Shown here: one piece after another, positions 1 through 12,169 of the stretch
How positions within the stretch are numbered: the first letter of the stretch is position 1
How the letters are laid out: every line of letters begins with the position of its first letter
Assembly (NCBI GenBank): GCA_043228905.1
Contig: JBHGNT010000005.1
Span: 9,424,001 to 9,488,000, forward strand
Source of the DNA: Azolla caroliniana
Taxonomy: Eukaryota; Plantae; Polypodiophyta
Direction: 5' to 3'
Length of the DNA stretch: 64,000 nt
Program-made: the position numbers and the translations under genes
The notes under the pieces: generated by a model
What the model was told of the DNA's origin: nothing
The model's input: only the letters and a program-made list of their open reading frames with translations
Database searches by the model: none

Positions 1-327
1 AATACACATTGTACAACGACGTTTACACATAAACATACAAACTCACACATAGATTTACACCTATAAGTGCACACAATTTAGGTTCATATGCATGTTTAGG
101 GTTTAGGGTTTTACCAACCTAAACCCTAAACCCTAGATTCTACTTTTGTGGATTTACCATCAAGCATACTCTGTCCACAAAACTTCATGACAGCTTTGGG
201 GTATACATTTGACATCATTCAAACACACATGAACCTCTTACGAACATTGGAGAATGATGACCTTTGGAAATGTGTCATCCAATTATAACAGAGTGTTTCT
301 TGGATGTCGTTGACACTAATGAGGACA

Positions 328-638
328 ATGTATGTTAACAAGGAGAATATATAGTACAAAAATGTAACATTACAAGGAGCAACAACCGACACTATATGAA
401 GTAGGAGGTGGGTGCTTTATATAAGGTCACCCTCTCTCTTCACCCACACTCTCTCTAGAGCTATAGAAGCTCATGGGTCATGGGGAATGTGGAAACTCAT
501 TAGTTATGTTTCATAGAATATGATTCTATGACACATAGTTGATGTGCAGAGAGTAATGGTGACTTTTGACCTTTGAACGTTCATACATTCTCAAAGGTGT
601 GTTCACACACTAGTCTAGGTTGAGCTTAATTCTCAACA
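328..638 (-). repeat. A 3' LTR (partial)
   Basis: Matches ~5098-5384; ends ...TCTCAACA next to PPT-like 639-648. Confidence 0.85.
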
Positions 639-651
639 CGCACCCTCAAGC

Positions 652-3600
652 TCAACTTGGATTGGCTTCTTTCAGTTGATGTCCACTTCGGCTGGTGCCT
701 GGTTCGGACGGTATCCAGTTCTCTCTTGTACTCCCCCTAAAGATTGACAAGTTAGGGATTGTCAATCCAAGGTTTGACATGAATTGTCGAAGCTTGTCGG
801 CTCTTGGGGTTTTGGTGAAGATATTGGTTGTCTGAAAATTTGTGTTGATGTGTTGAAGGTCGACATCTCCAGCTTGAACGTGCTCTCGGATGAAGTGATA
901 GTGCACTTCAATATGCTTTGTGCGCGCGTGGAACACCGGGTTCCAAGCCAGATAAATATTGCTCATGTTGTCGCAATAAAGGGGAGTCGGACCCTTGATG
1001 GGAACACCCAGATCCTTCAAGTTTCGCTTCAACCAAACGGTTTCACATGCAGTCACATTCGTGCCCATGTATTCAGCCTTTGTGCTCGAAAGAGCGATGG
1101 TTGGTTGCTTCTTGTGGATATTACTCCGCTGCCGAGGGAGAAAACAAATCCGGAGGTCGATTGGTGGTCGGCTCTGTAGCCGACCCAGTCGGCATCAGTG
1201 TACCCCTCGAGTCGAATTGGTGTGGCCGATTTGTAGAGAATGCCACAATCCATTGTGCCGTTCACATATCGTAACACTCGCTTAGCGCAATCCAAGGGAA
1301 TGTCAAGTGGCTTTTGCATGAATTGGCTAAGGAGACTGATCGGGTAGCTGAGGTCAAGTCGAGTAATTGTGAGATAGATGAGGCTCTTGATTAGTTGTCG
1401 ATACTGAGTCGGCTCGCACTCTTCTGTGCCGGAGTCGGTAGCTAGCTTCAGGTTCCGATCGAGAGGGGTTGCCACAGATTTACACTCAATCATCCCGAAC
1501 TTGTATAACAAGTTAAGGATGTAGTGTCGTTGAGAGATCATAATGCCGGTTGGAGTCTGAATTACCTCGATGCCGAGGAAGTAATGGAGCTCCTTCATGT
1601 CCACTAGATTTTCACCTCCAATGACCTTGTTGATGTCAACTAGATTTTCACCTCCAATGACTAGATCATCCACATATAGGATGATGACAATCGGACTTCC
1701 AGAATCGCTTCTTATGTAGAGGGATTGTTGGATTTCAACACTCTAAAGACGATTCGATGAAGATATTGTGTTATCTTCGAATGCCAAGCATGTGGTGCTT
1801 GCTTAAGGCCATAGAGTGGCTTCTTTAGTTGGCAGATTGATTTTGGATAGGTGCTTGATTCGAAGCCGGGTGGTTGTACCATGTACACCTCCTCTTCTAA
1901 TTCGCCTTGAAGAAAGACGTTCTTGACATCCATTTGATGGAGGTGCCACCCTTTCGCCGCTGCAAGTGCAAACACGGCCCACATAGTCGTCATCTTTGCC
2001 ACCGGAGCAAAGGTCTCTTCATAGTCGACTCCATGTGTTTGTGTGTATCCTTTCACTACGAGTGGGGCTTTGTAGTGGTTGACAGAGTTGTCGGCATTAT
2101 ACTTCACCTTGTAAATCCATCTACAACTGATTGCCTTTTTGTGTGGTGAGTGGGGAATGACATCCCATGTCTCGTTCTTGCATAGTGCTCACATCTCCTC
2201 GTTCATTCCTTTGACCCATCGTGGATCCTTGGCTGGTTCGGAAAAAAATTCTGGTTCTCGAACTGCTGCCACCTTCATCATAAAGGCATAGTGATATGCC
2301 ATATAGTCATTGTAGCCGACTCGGTTAACCGGATTCTTCTCTCAGGTGGAGCGACGGAGTTTCTCATTTGCTGTGGCAATGGCATTCTTTACACCAAGTG
2401 TCCTCATGATGGGTACATCGAAGCCACCGAACTCACTGTCAAGTGAGTGAGCCGATTCGTCGTCGTTGAATTGATCGTCTTCATATTCCGGCATTTTGGC
2501 CTTGCCTTTGTCCATCTTCGGAGTTGGAAGAGATGTGCTTTGGTCACTTGGGGGCTCTTGTGGCCCACTGAGCCTGGTCATGATCGGACTAGGCTCAGTT
2601 GATTTTCGTCTTCTATCTCTTGGTTGGCCAAGTTCGGGTCGACTAGACAAGGTTCAGGAGGAGTTGGCTCAGGTTCGTACCATGATGCTGATTTGTCAAA
2701 GACGACATCCCGACTTACACGAACCTTCTGGGTAGAGGGGTTGAAGCACTTGTAGCCCTTTTGCTCTAGTGAGTACCCTACGAGGATACACTTCTCCGAA
2801 TTGGGATCTAGCTTTTGCTGCTTTTCATCGGGAATGTGCACATATGCAAGTGAGCCGAATATCCTTACATGGGATAGATCCAGCTTCATCCCATAATACT
2901 TCTCGTGAGGGGTAAATTCATGCACTCCGGATGTTGTGCACTGGTTCATGAGGTAAATGGTAGTATTTGCTGCTTCGGCGCAATATGACTTCAACATGTG
3001 CTTCTCGTTTAGCATGGCCTGTGCAACTTCGAGGATGTGCCAATTTTTGCATTCGGCCACTCCGTTCTGTTGCAACATATGTCGACAAGAAAATTCTCAT
3101 TGGGTTCCTTCTTGTTGAAGGTATGTTGTGAATGCATCAGAGAAGTATTCCTTGCCTCCATCTGACTGAAGACATCAGACGTGCCGACCTGTGGCTTTCT
3201 CGACTTCATTCTTAAATTTTTGGAAGTGTCTAAACACTTCGTTCTTTTGCCACATGCGGTAGATCCAGGTGTGCCTTGAGAAGTTTTCGATAAAGGTCAC
3301 GTAATATCGGATGGTCCCCATACATCAGAATGAGTTACATCCAGTAGGCCCTTGCTTACAGTCTTCTCTTTCGGGAATAGGTGCCGATGTTGCTTGCCGA
3401 ATTGGCAGGTTGCACATACACCTTCAATCTCCTTCTCTTTGAAGGTCGGGAACCCGATGAAGACTCCTTTTGATTTCATTGCCTTGAGTTTATTGAGATT
3501 GATGTGGCCAATCCTCTTGTGCCACAACTCTATGTCTGTGTTGGCGTCGAGGCCCTTTGCAAACATGGTAGATTTTACCTCATTCGGCTCAAGGATAAAC

Positions 3601-4776
3601 ATTCGGCCTTCCTTTTGACCACAAGTGATGAGTCGGCCTTCCTTCTCGATGAAACAACCACCTTGGTTGAATTGAACTTGCATACCTTGCTCAACAATTT
3701 GGCTGATTGAGACCAAATTCTTCGTTATGGTCGGTACATGCAAGACGTTTTTGATGCAAGTTCGTTTGCCTTCTTTCCCGAATGGGACATCTTCCGGACT
3801 GGAGGCACTAGTCGAAGTAGAGGCCGACAAAGAATTTTCTCTATGTTTCATCACGAACATTCCACCATGATCATCATAGTTGGATTTGGTGGCATAATTG
3901 GTGAGTTGTCGGCTTGTGGAAGTTGACTCACGCTTCTTCTTCCGGCACTCTTCTTTGTGGTCACCCGATTTTGCCGCAATATCCGCACTTGATTGAGTTT
4001 TGTCGGCTTGGAAGTTCCCCCTTCTTCTGAACGTTCTTCTATTGTTTCCATTTTCTTGCCAAAATTGTGAGTTATTTTCATAGGTCGAACCTCATTCGAC
4101 TCGTCCTTGGCCGAATCAGCCTCTTCTTGCTCGACCACGTCCTCTTCCTCCGCGAGTGTGTGTAGAGCATGTGGCCTTCCGAAGCATTGCTCTTTGTTCG
4201 AACATGATTTTCTTCAACCAATAGCATTGGTTGAAGATCAAAGAAAGAGGGAGGATTCTCCCTTGCTAGAACGACGGTTCTCATTGCTAGAACCATGGTG
4301 TGAGGCTGCTAAGGCATATTTGTACCATCTCATCATCCTCCACATTGATGCCTATTGAGCCGAGCAAGTCACAAAGCTCATTGATCTTCAAGGTGTAGCT
4401 TGTGATGGACCTATCCCTTTTTTGGATGTTGTTCAACTCTTCGTGGAGTCGAAGCTTTCTTGCGGTTGTGTTAGCCACGAAAATCTTCCTTAGATTCTCC
4501 CATACTTCCTTCGGCGTCTTGGCTTCTCGAATGTAGCCAAGCATGTGGTCATGGACACATGTCGCCAATCAATACATCACTCGGCTTGCGGCTTGCGGCT
4601 TGCTCCCATGTTGAGTATTTGGGAGTTCTTGGGTTAGGTCGATTTTCTTGTGCTCCTTTGATGTAGCTCCAATAGCCTTGGCTGACAAGGTATTGGTGCA
4701 TCTTTTACTCCCAAGATGCAAAGTTGTTTCTATCCAACTTCTCGCTAGGGAGAGCGCACCCCATTTGAGTATTCAT
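652..4776 (-). pseudogene. A gag-pol (multiple stops, frameshifts and deletions)
   Basis: ORF fragments 4287-4568 (gag), 3297-3860 (GAG-pre-integrase), 2578-3078 (integrase), 1053-2107 (RT), 652-1068 (RNase H). Confidence 0.9.
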
Positions 4777-4920
4777 TATGTCGGTGTAGATTTCTTTCTT
4801 CTTTTCCTTCTCTTTCGAACACGAACTATGTAGTGGCACTACGATAACAATGGGCTAGTTCTTCTTGAACGTTGATGTAGAACACAACACACACGGATGG
4901 GCTAGATCGAGCTACCAAAT

Positions 4921-4931
4921 CTCTGATACCA
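4921..4931 (-). other. A primer-binding site, tRNA-iMet
   Basis: TGGTATCAGAG directly abutting the LTR. Confidence 0.9.
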
Positions 4932-4975
4932 TGTAAAGAATCAGATATGATTTTGTGCAGCGGAAGAGTTGTGTG

Positions 4976-5017
<42 letters not shown>

Positions 5018-5384
5018 CGGGAGAGGAGAGGAGAGGAGAGGAGAGGAGAGAAGAGAGACACAAGATAGATAAGAGAAATGAAGTACTCAAGAAGAAGATG
5101 TATATTAACAAGGAGAATATTTAGTACAAAAATGTAGCATTACAAGGAGCAACAACCGACAATATATGAAGTAGGAGGTGGGTGCTTTATATAAGGTCAC
5201 CCTCTCTCTTCACCCTCTCTCTCTCTCTAGAGCTATAGAAGCTCATGGGTCATGGGAAATGTGGAAACTCATTAGTTATGTACCATAGAATATGATTCTA
5301 TGACACATAGTTAATGTGTAGAGAGTAGTGGTGACTTTTGACCTTTGAACGTTCATACATTCTCAAAGATGTGTTCACACACTA
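4932..5384 (-). repeat. A 5' LTR (outer end missing), contains (TG)n and (GAGAG)n
   Basis: Plus-strand start TGTAAAG follows the PBS; similarity to the other LTR stops at 5384, where B sequence begins. Confidence 0.85.
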
Positions 5385-7866
5385 ACTCCTCTCTGATGAC
5401 GATGAAGTCCTCCTTCGTTAGCATGTAGCAGTCGTCGCCTTCCCTCTGCCGGTTTTCCGCGTCTGCCCGTAGCAACTGGAGCTCGGCTGTGTGCTTTGCC
5501 CATTTGTCCCACCATTGCATGGAGCTTTCGTCAATCAAGCGTTTGGTCTTGTTCCTCCATGCTTGGACAATGAACTGGATCCGCTCCAATCCCATCTTTG
5601 ATTTGTCCTCCGCGGCTTGCCGTTCGTCCTTCAACTGCTTGATGAGTGCCACCGTATCCACCTCCTGCTCCAGGTAATGTGACAGTTGGGTTTGATAAGT
5701 GGTCTACAGCCTTTGCAAGATCATCGTCGCTCTTTCCTTCTCTTCATAATGCTGCTTATGTAGCTCCATCCTTCTTGCGCGGCTTCCTCCAGCAACGTGG
5801 TTCTTTTAGCCCGTTCCTCCGCCAGCATCGTCTCAACCCGATGTACCTCCTGCTGGAGCTCTGCCATCTTCTCCTGTTGTTTCTTATGCTCTATATCCAG
5901 GTGCTTGTAATCCCGGTGCAGGTGCTCAAAATCATCGGGTTTCTGCTTCAGCTTTTGGTTGAGTTGCCGGCGAGCGTGGTCTTCCCGGTCCTTTTGCTGA
6001 CGGAGTTCTTCTTTCAGCCTTTCGATCTCTGTTTCCGCCATCCGTCGCAGCTTCTCCTTTTCTTGCAGCGCCTTCTCTTTCTCCTCCTTCAGCCGGTCGT
6101 AGGCCTGATGTCCTTTCCGTAGATTCTCTTCTGCCTGGCGGAGGTTCTCAGCAGTCTTTCGTTGCTCTTCTTCTGCCGCTTTCTTCAAGTCCCGCTCTCA
6201 GGTGCGTAATGCTTCATGTGCGACCAGTTCATCTCTTAATTCAGCAAGCTCTTTTGCTTGTGCCGCCACTATCTCTGGGACTGTTTCCGTCTCCGGGGTC
6301 TTATTGCTATGTACAGGTGTTGGTGCTTCTTTATTCTGTACATTGACCGGGGTCACCGGTGCTTGGAGCTGTGGTCCGGTTAAGGCCATTTTGGCCAATT
6401 CTTCTGTGGCTAGGTCCAAGTCTTGTTCTAGGCTCCGGATCCTTGACCAGGCCATCTCTAGTTCTCCGGTTGTGACGAGCAACCGGTCCATTTGCGCTTT
6501 CTCTTCCGCCTCTATGTAGTGTACCACTCCGGCAATCTGTTCTCCAATCCACCGGAGCCATTGGCTGCCGGTGCCCTGTTGTTGCGTCTGCCCAGAGGGT
6601 TGGCTGTTGGTGTCACTGGCCAGTGGCCGGTTTTGTCCAGTTGCGTTGAGCTGCAACTCTGGCTCTTGTTGGTGACTACTTTGCCGTTTAGGTTGCGGCT
6701 CCGTTGGCCGCTCCACCTCTGAATGCTCTTGGCCTGCTGGTGGGGTCGGCAATGTACTTCCAGCGCTGGCATATCGGGTCTTGTCGTATCCTGACCCGCC
6801 GGTAGAGGTTGTTGTGCAGGGGGCTCTGTGGCCGGTTCTGTCCGAACCGGTTCTGGTTCCATCCTTGGTGCGGGCTGCTCAGGGCGGGGTACATGCGTTC
6901 CATCCTTCTTTGGGTCCGAACGCTCCCCGACATGTTCGGAGGTGCTTGCCTTCTGGCGCCGCTGGAGGTGCTCTAACGGTTCCTCCTCCGTTTCCTCCTC
7001 CTGAATCCCGATGTTGATTTTCGCTGCCAAGGGGTTCAATGCTTGTTGAACCGGTCGGCTAAGCTTGATCTTGATTGGCCGCACCGGTGGCTCCTCCTGC
7101 GTTTCCGCTTGCCGCTTCCTTTTGGCGCGTTCCTTTGCCGCTTGGTTCGTGTCGGCCGCCTTCCCTTTGGTTGCCTTAGACGCCAACAGCTACTGCCGTT
7201 TTGAGGCCGTCTTCGGGGTGCCCTCGGTTGTTCTTTCCCGGTTCGTGGTCTTGACGGGCTCGATAGGTGGCGCCAATAGAGTGAGCCATTGCGCCACCGC
7301 CATCCATATCTTCCGACCCTCTTTGCCTCTGACAGAGTCGATGGTTGCACAGAGGCCATCTGCAATCAGTACCGCCCAGTCCACCTTCACGCCTTCATAT
7401 GTGGCTATGATTAAGCTGGCCCGATTCTAGGCATGCAGGGGGGTCGAGGGTATACATGTCCGAATTCATTGAGCACCTAGGCAATCTCTCAAAAGAGAGG
7501 ATCTTCGCCGCCCTGTGTCCGGTAGGCCTTGCTTGCCAGAGAGTATTCCCCAAAGTATTTTCGGAGCTGTTCCGGGGTAGGGTTGTCGATAGTGAAGATT
7601 CCCCCTTCTGGAAGGCCAATCAACGCATGGATGGCCTCCTTAGTAATCAGCTCCGTGTCGATTTCTTTGACTATCTTCTCCGCCTCCCGGTGCGGTGGCG
7701 CCTCCATGATGGTGAGGAAACCCTCTAAACTGTGTTGCCTTAGCCACTTCTTGGCTGCTTCAGAGAGTGCTTGGCAGTCCATGGCTTCGTCGAGGTCGGT
7801 GAGCGCTGGTGAGGGTTGTGTGTGAGGAGTCTCTATGTGCGTGGGTTCGCGTCTGCTGATCTTCAA
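5385..7866 (-). pseudogene. B extra ORF downstream of pol (conserved N-terminal domain, P/Q/E-rich linker, coiled coil)
   Basis: Fragments 7489-7866, 7190-7390, 6512-7186, 6198-6752, 5721-6188, 5353-5661; homologous to the D extra ORF. Confidence 0.75.
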
Positions 7867-8113
7867 TCGCCTGTCTGCGTTTGTGCTCCTCTATTCGCGA
7901 AATGTGAGGGTACCCACGCATGTGCACGTCGTGTACTAAAATAGAATGATGTGCCATGTGGCGGCGGTTTAATACCCTATTAATAGCCCACTACGTACCT
8001 TTTCAAAGTGCCTGTTCACTCCTTCTTTTTGCATGTGTCCGTTCACTCCTCGCCCTTGCAAGATTTACTTTGATTTGATTTGATTATTTATTTATTTATA
8101 ATAAATGGTTTTG

Positions 8114-11100
8114 CTAATTAGCAACCGGTCCCATTGGACCCCTATCCGGATTGTGATCCTTGCCGGACGCTGGACCGCTTGCCGGCGCTTCCGACTTACC
8201 GGTGTCCGGTTTTGTGTCACCCTTCACTTGTTCAAATGGGTTTTTTGGCATGGGTCCATTGTATGGTTTGAGTCGGAACCCATTGACCCATTTACCCAGA
8301 ACCTCGCCGGCGAGTGTCCCTAATTGGTAGGAACTGTTGAACTCTCGCGTAATCTAGTATGGTCCGGTCCACCGAAACCGTAGCTTTCTTGGCATCTTAC
8401 CCATCCTGGTCTGGAACACGAGTACCGGCTTACCAATGCCGAACATCTTTTCGTTCCCTTTTCAGTGACGATCCACGAACGCCTTCCTTCACCGCTGCTC
8501 TAGTTCTAGGTGCATGATGCTGGCTAGCCGGTGTTCTTCCAATTCGCACAACGCGTTTAACCGGATAGTTCCGATTAGGCGTTCCCGAATCTATATTCGT
8601 AAACTCAGGACCTGGAACTCTACCGGCATCACTGCTTCTAATCTGAATGCTAAGCGAAACGGTGTTGTGCGGATACTTGTTTTATATGCCGTTCGGTAAG
8701 CCCAGAGTGCACTATGTAGCTTTGTATACCAATCCGTCAGGTTCTCATTGACGATTTTCCGCAGGATATTCTGTAGTGTTTTATTTGTTGACTCTACTAA
8801 TCCGTTGGCTTGCGGATAATAGGGAGTGCTCCGTTTGTGCACCACCACATAAAATGTCGTCAAACTTTCCACTACTTGCCCTAAGAAGTGCCCACCTTGG
8901 TCACTTATGAGCTCTATCGGACATCCATATCGGCACCAGATGCATTCATATAAAATTTTTGTCGTGGATGCCGTGGTGTTGTCGTGTAGTGCTTTCGCTT
9001 CCACCCATCTCATGCAGTATTCCGTAGCGACGATCACGTACTGGTTGCCGGTTCTCATTGCCGGTGGTTTGAACGGACCGACAAAATCTAGCCCCCATTT
9101 CTGAAATGGTTCTAACGGTAGCACGAGTTGGTGAGGCATTCTGGCTTGTTCGGTTGGTTGCCCCATTCGTTGACATAGGTCACATTCTTTAGCGTACCGG
9201 GCTGCATCTTTCAATGTTGTTGGCCACCATAGTCCACTCTGCCATATTTTCCTTGCCGTAGCGTCTCCGGCATAATGTCCTCCGGTCATGCCGCAGTGTG
9301 CCTCACGCAATATTACTTCCTTTTCGTCACTGCGCACTGCACGCCGCCATATGCCATCTGCGCCTTTGTGGTACAATGTGTCCTGCAATAGACAAAAGTG
9401 TCGGCTTTGAACCACTAAACGTTTCCTTTCGTCTCTGTTCATCTCCTCCGGAGGTAAACCGGTGCTCAGAAATTGGTGCATATTGGTGAGCCAGTTGTCT
9501 TCCTCTACGACCGAACTGTCCGTTGCCGTTTCTGCTATGACTCTAAACAGCTCTGCATCCGGAAAGTCTTCTGGGACTCTGTCACTGGTTTCGCCGGAAT
9601 CTAGCCGGCTTAAATCGTCCGCTACCGCATGCTGTATGCCAGGTCGGTGGAATATCTCAAACTCGAATTCTTGCAGTAGTAACGTCCACTGGGCCAGCTT
9701 ACCGGTGAGTGATGCTTTGGACACCAAATAGAGGAGCGCCGAATGATCTACGTGAAAGGAAAATTTCCTTCCCAACAGATAGTGTCTAAACTTGGTGACA
9801 CTGTAGATCATTCCCAAAGCCTCCCTTTCCGTCGTGGAATAATTACGTTCTGCTTGGGACAACTTCCGGCTGGCATAATAGACTGGCCGGTACCATTTCG
9901 GTTTTGTCAGTTGCATCAGTGCGCTCTCGATTGCAATGTCAGATGCGTCAATGAACACATGGAACTCTTTGGACCAATCCGGAGGTTGCACCACTGACGC
10001 TTGTGACAACAGTACTTTTAGTGCCCGGTAAGCCTGGTCTTCTGTGTCCGTCCATCGGAACGGTGTTCGATGTACTGCAACATGCCGTGGTGTAGCCAGG
10101 TCTGCCAAATACCGGAGCATTCGTCTATGCCACCGAATTTGTCCTAAGAACCGGCTTAGTGCCTTTGCCATGGCTGGTGCTGGTGCCTCCAGGATTGCTT
10201 TTACTTTGTCCGGATCCACTGCGATACCATCCTTGCTGACAATGTGGCCCAGTAACGCTCCGCTGGTTACTCCGAGCACGCATTTTGCCGGGTTCAAGCT
10301 TAGTCGGTAAACCCTACATTTTTCTAGGCATAGTCGGAGGTGCTGAAGGTGATCCCCTTCTTGGCTATAAACAACGAAGTCATCCAAAAACACCTGCATG
10401 AATGCCAGAATGAATTCCCCGAAAATTTCCATGATGATCCGTTGGAAGGTTGCCGGTGCCGTTTTCAGTCCGAACATCATCACTACGGCAACAAAGACTC
10501 CCCATTCGGTGACAAAAGCAGTATTCTCTTGGTCGGCGGGGTGCATCCGGATTTGATTATAGCCGTTGAAACCATCCAGAAAACTGTACACCTTATGACT
10601 GGCGACCGCATCCAGGACTCCATCTGTGAATGGAAGTGGGAAGGCATCCGTTACCGTAGCCGCATTCAATTTCCGGTAGTCGACACACACTCTGATCTTA
10701 CTGTTCTTTTTGGGTACTACCACTATCGGGCTGAGCCATGTGGCTTTCTTTACCGGTCGAATGAAGCCTACTCTCAGCAACTTGTTGATTTCTTCTTTGA
10801 CCTTTGCTGCATAATTCGGGTTCATTCGGTAACGCCGTTGCGCTACCGGTTTGGCGTCTTTGCTCAGATGTATCTGGTGTTGATATAACTGAGGATCGAG
10901 TCCCGACATGTCTTTGAAGGACCAAGCGAACACATCGCGAAACTCTTTTAGGAGTGTGATCATTGCCGTTTTGTTCTCTGAAGTCATTTCCTTGGCGATG
11001 TGCACCGGTCTTGTGTCCTCTGTGGTACCTAGGTTTACCTCTTCTAGTTGGGATGCTTTCACGGGCTGGGATACTGCCATTTCTTTTTCCAGTGCCTCCT

Positions 11101-12121
11101 GTGCTTGTCGTAATTCCCGGATTGCCTCTTTATCCAGTTCCTCGTCGGTCCCGTCCAGTGGCAGTACATATGGTGATACTGCTTCGGCTACATCAATCTC
11201 GAACAGAGGTACGATCTTCGGATTTTCTTGTAAGTATTGATCAACCTCTTCGTCTGCCAATCCTTCCAGCATGTTAACACATTCCGCATATAGCGGCACT
11301 GATTCCTTGCCGGTACCGGATTGTGGTTGAGTCGGTACTCGTACTTTCGCTTTTCCACGCCGGAACGTAATTATGTTCTTCCTCCAGTTTTGCTTTATGT
11401 GTGCCGTTTTAAACCAGGGCCGTCCCAACAATAGTGGGTAAGCTCCCTGAGCTTGTAGCTGGAGAACTACTGCGGAAATGCGAAATGTGTGACCCTCGAT
11501 GGTCACTTCCAGATCGCGTTGTCGTGAAGAATTTCAGCCATAGGCGAAAACCGGGAAACATTGGCTACATCGGCGGGGTGCAGCGTGTGTACGCACCCAT
11601 GTACATTTGGTGTGAATATCGAGGGCGCCTTTATGGCGCCGAAGAGTAGTCAAGTCGGGATAGACGATCCCATGAAAGTCGGGATTTGTCCCACATTGTA
11701 ACGCGTCCCTCTCCTTGTTCTATAAAAGGGAGGGAATGCCCTTTGAAAAGGGGTTGCCCATTTTTGATTAGAGGGTATACCGGTAGGTTTAGGGTTAGGG
11801 TTCTTCTTCTTCTTCCCCTTCGTGTTCGTTTAGGGTTGGCTGCAGCTTATCTCCTGTGCAAGACCCTGCTCGGCGCGACGAGCCCGAGAGCTCCCCGACG
11901 GCGGCTTGATAGCAGACGACTGTTGTAAACTATCTTGGTCCGGCTCGAAGCCGGGAGTGTATTCCTCTTATATATATATACATATAAGTTTGCGTCTGTC
12001 TGTGTATATTGGCGTCTTGTTGGTGTCGGGTGCTTCCCCTCTTTCCCTGCGTTTCCTGTACAAGAGGGCGTGGGTGCGTGCGTGAGTGCGTGAGTGCGTG
12101 TGCGTGAGTCGGTGTTAAGCA

Positions 12122-12169
<48 letters not shown>

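Larger units (their letters stand above)
328..5384 (-). mobile_element. Element A: degenerate Ty1/copia LTR retrotransposon, both LTRs truncated at their outer ends
   Basis: Direct repeats 328-638 and 4932-5384; PBS TGGTATCAGAG (4931-4921); copia gag-int-RT-RH fragments (HLHQMDVKNVFLQG, LYGLKQAP, YTDADW, FHARTKHIEVHYHFIRE); no TSD. Confidence 0.92.

Noticed and set aside
95-136. Chromosome end-to-end fusion site
   Set aside because: Only two units per side, and such short telo motifs are common (e.g. 11786-11802).
5353-5661. A as a normal insertion into B
   Set aside because: The A LTR lacks its terminus, there is no TSD, and B does not resume left of A; this is a deletion junction.
5385-7866. 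Retroviral env gene
   Set aside because: The position fits, but no signal peptide or transmembrane segment is visible, so it is called an accessory ORF only.
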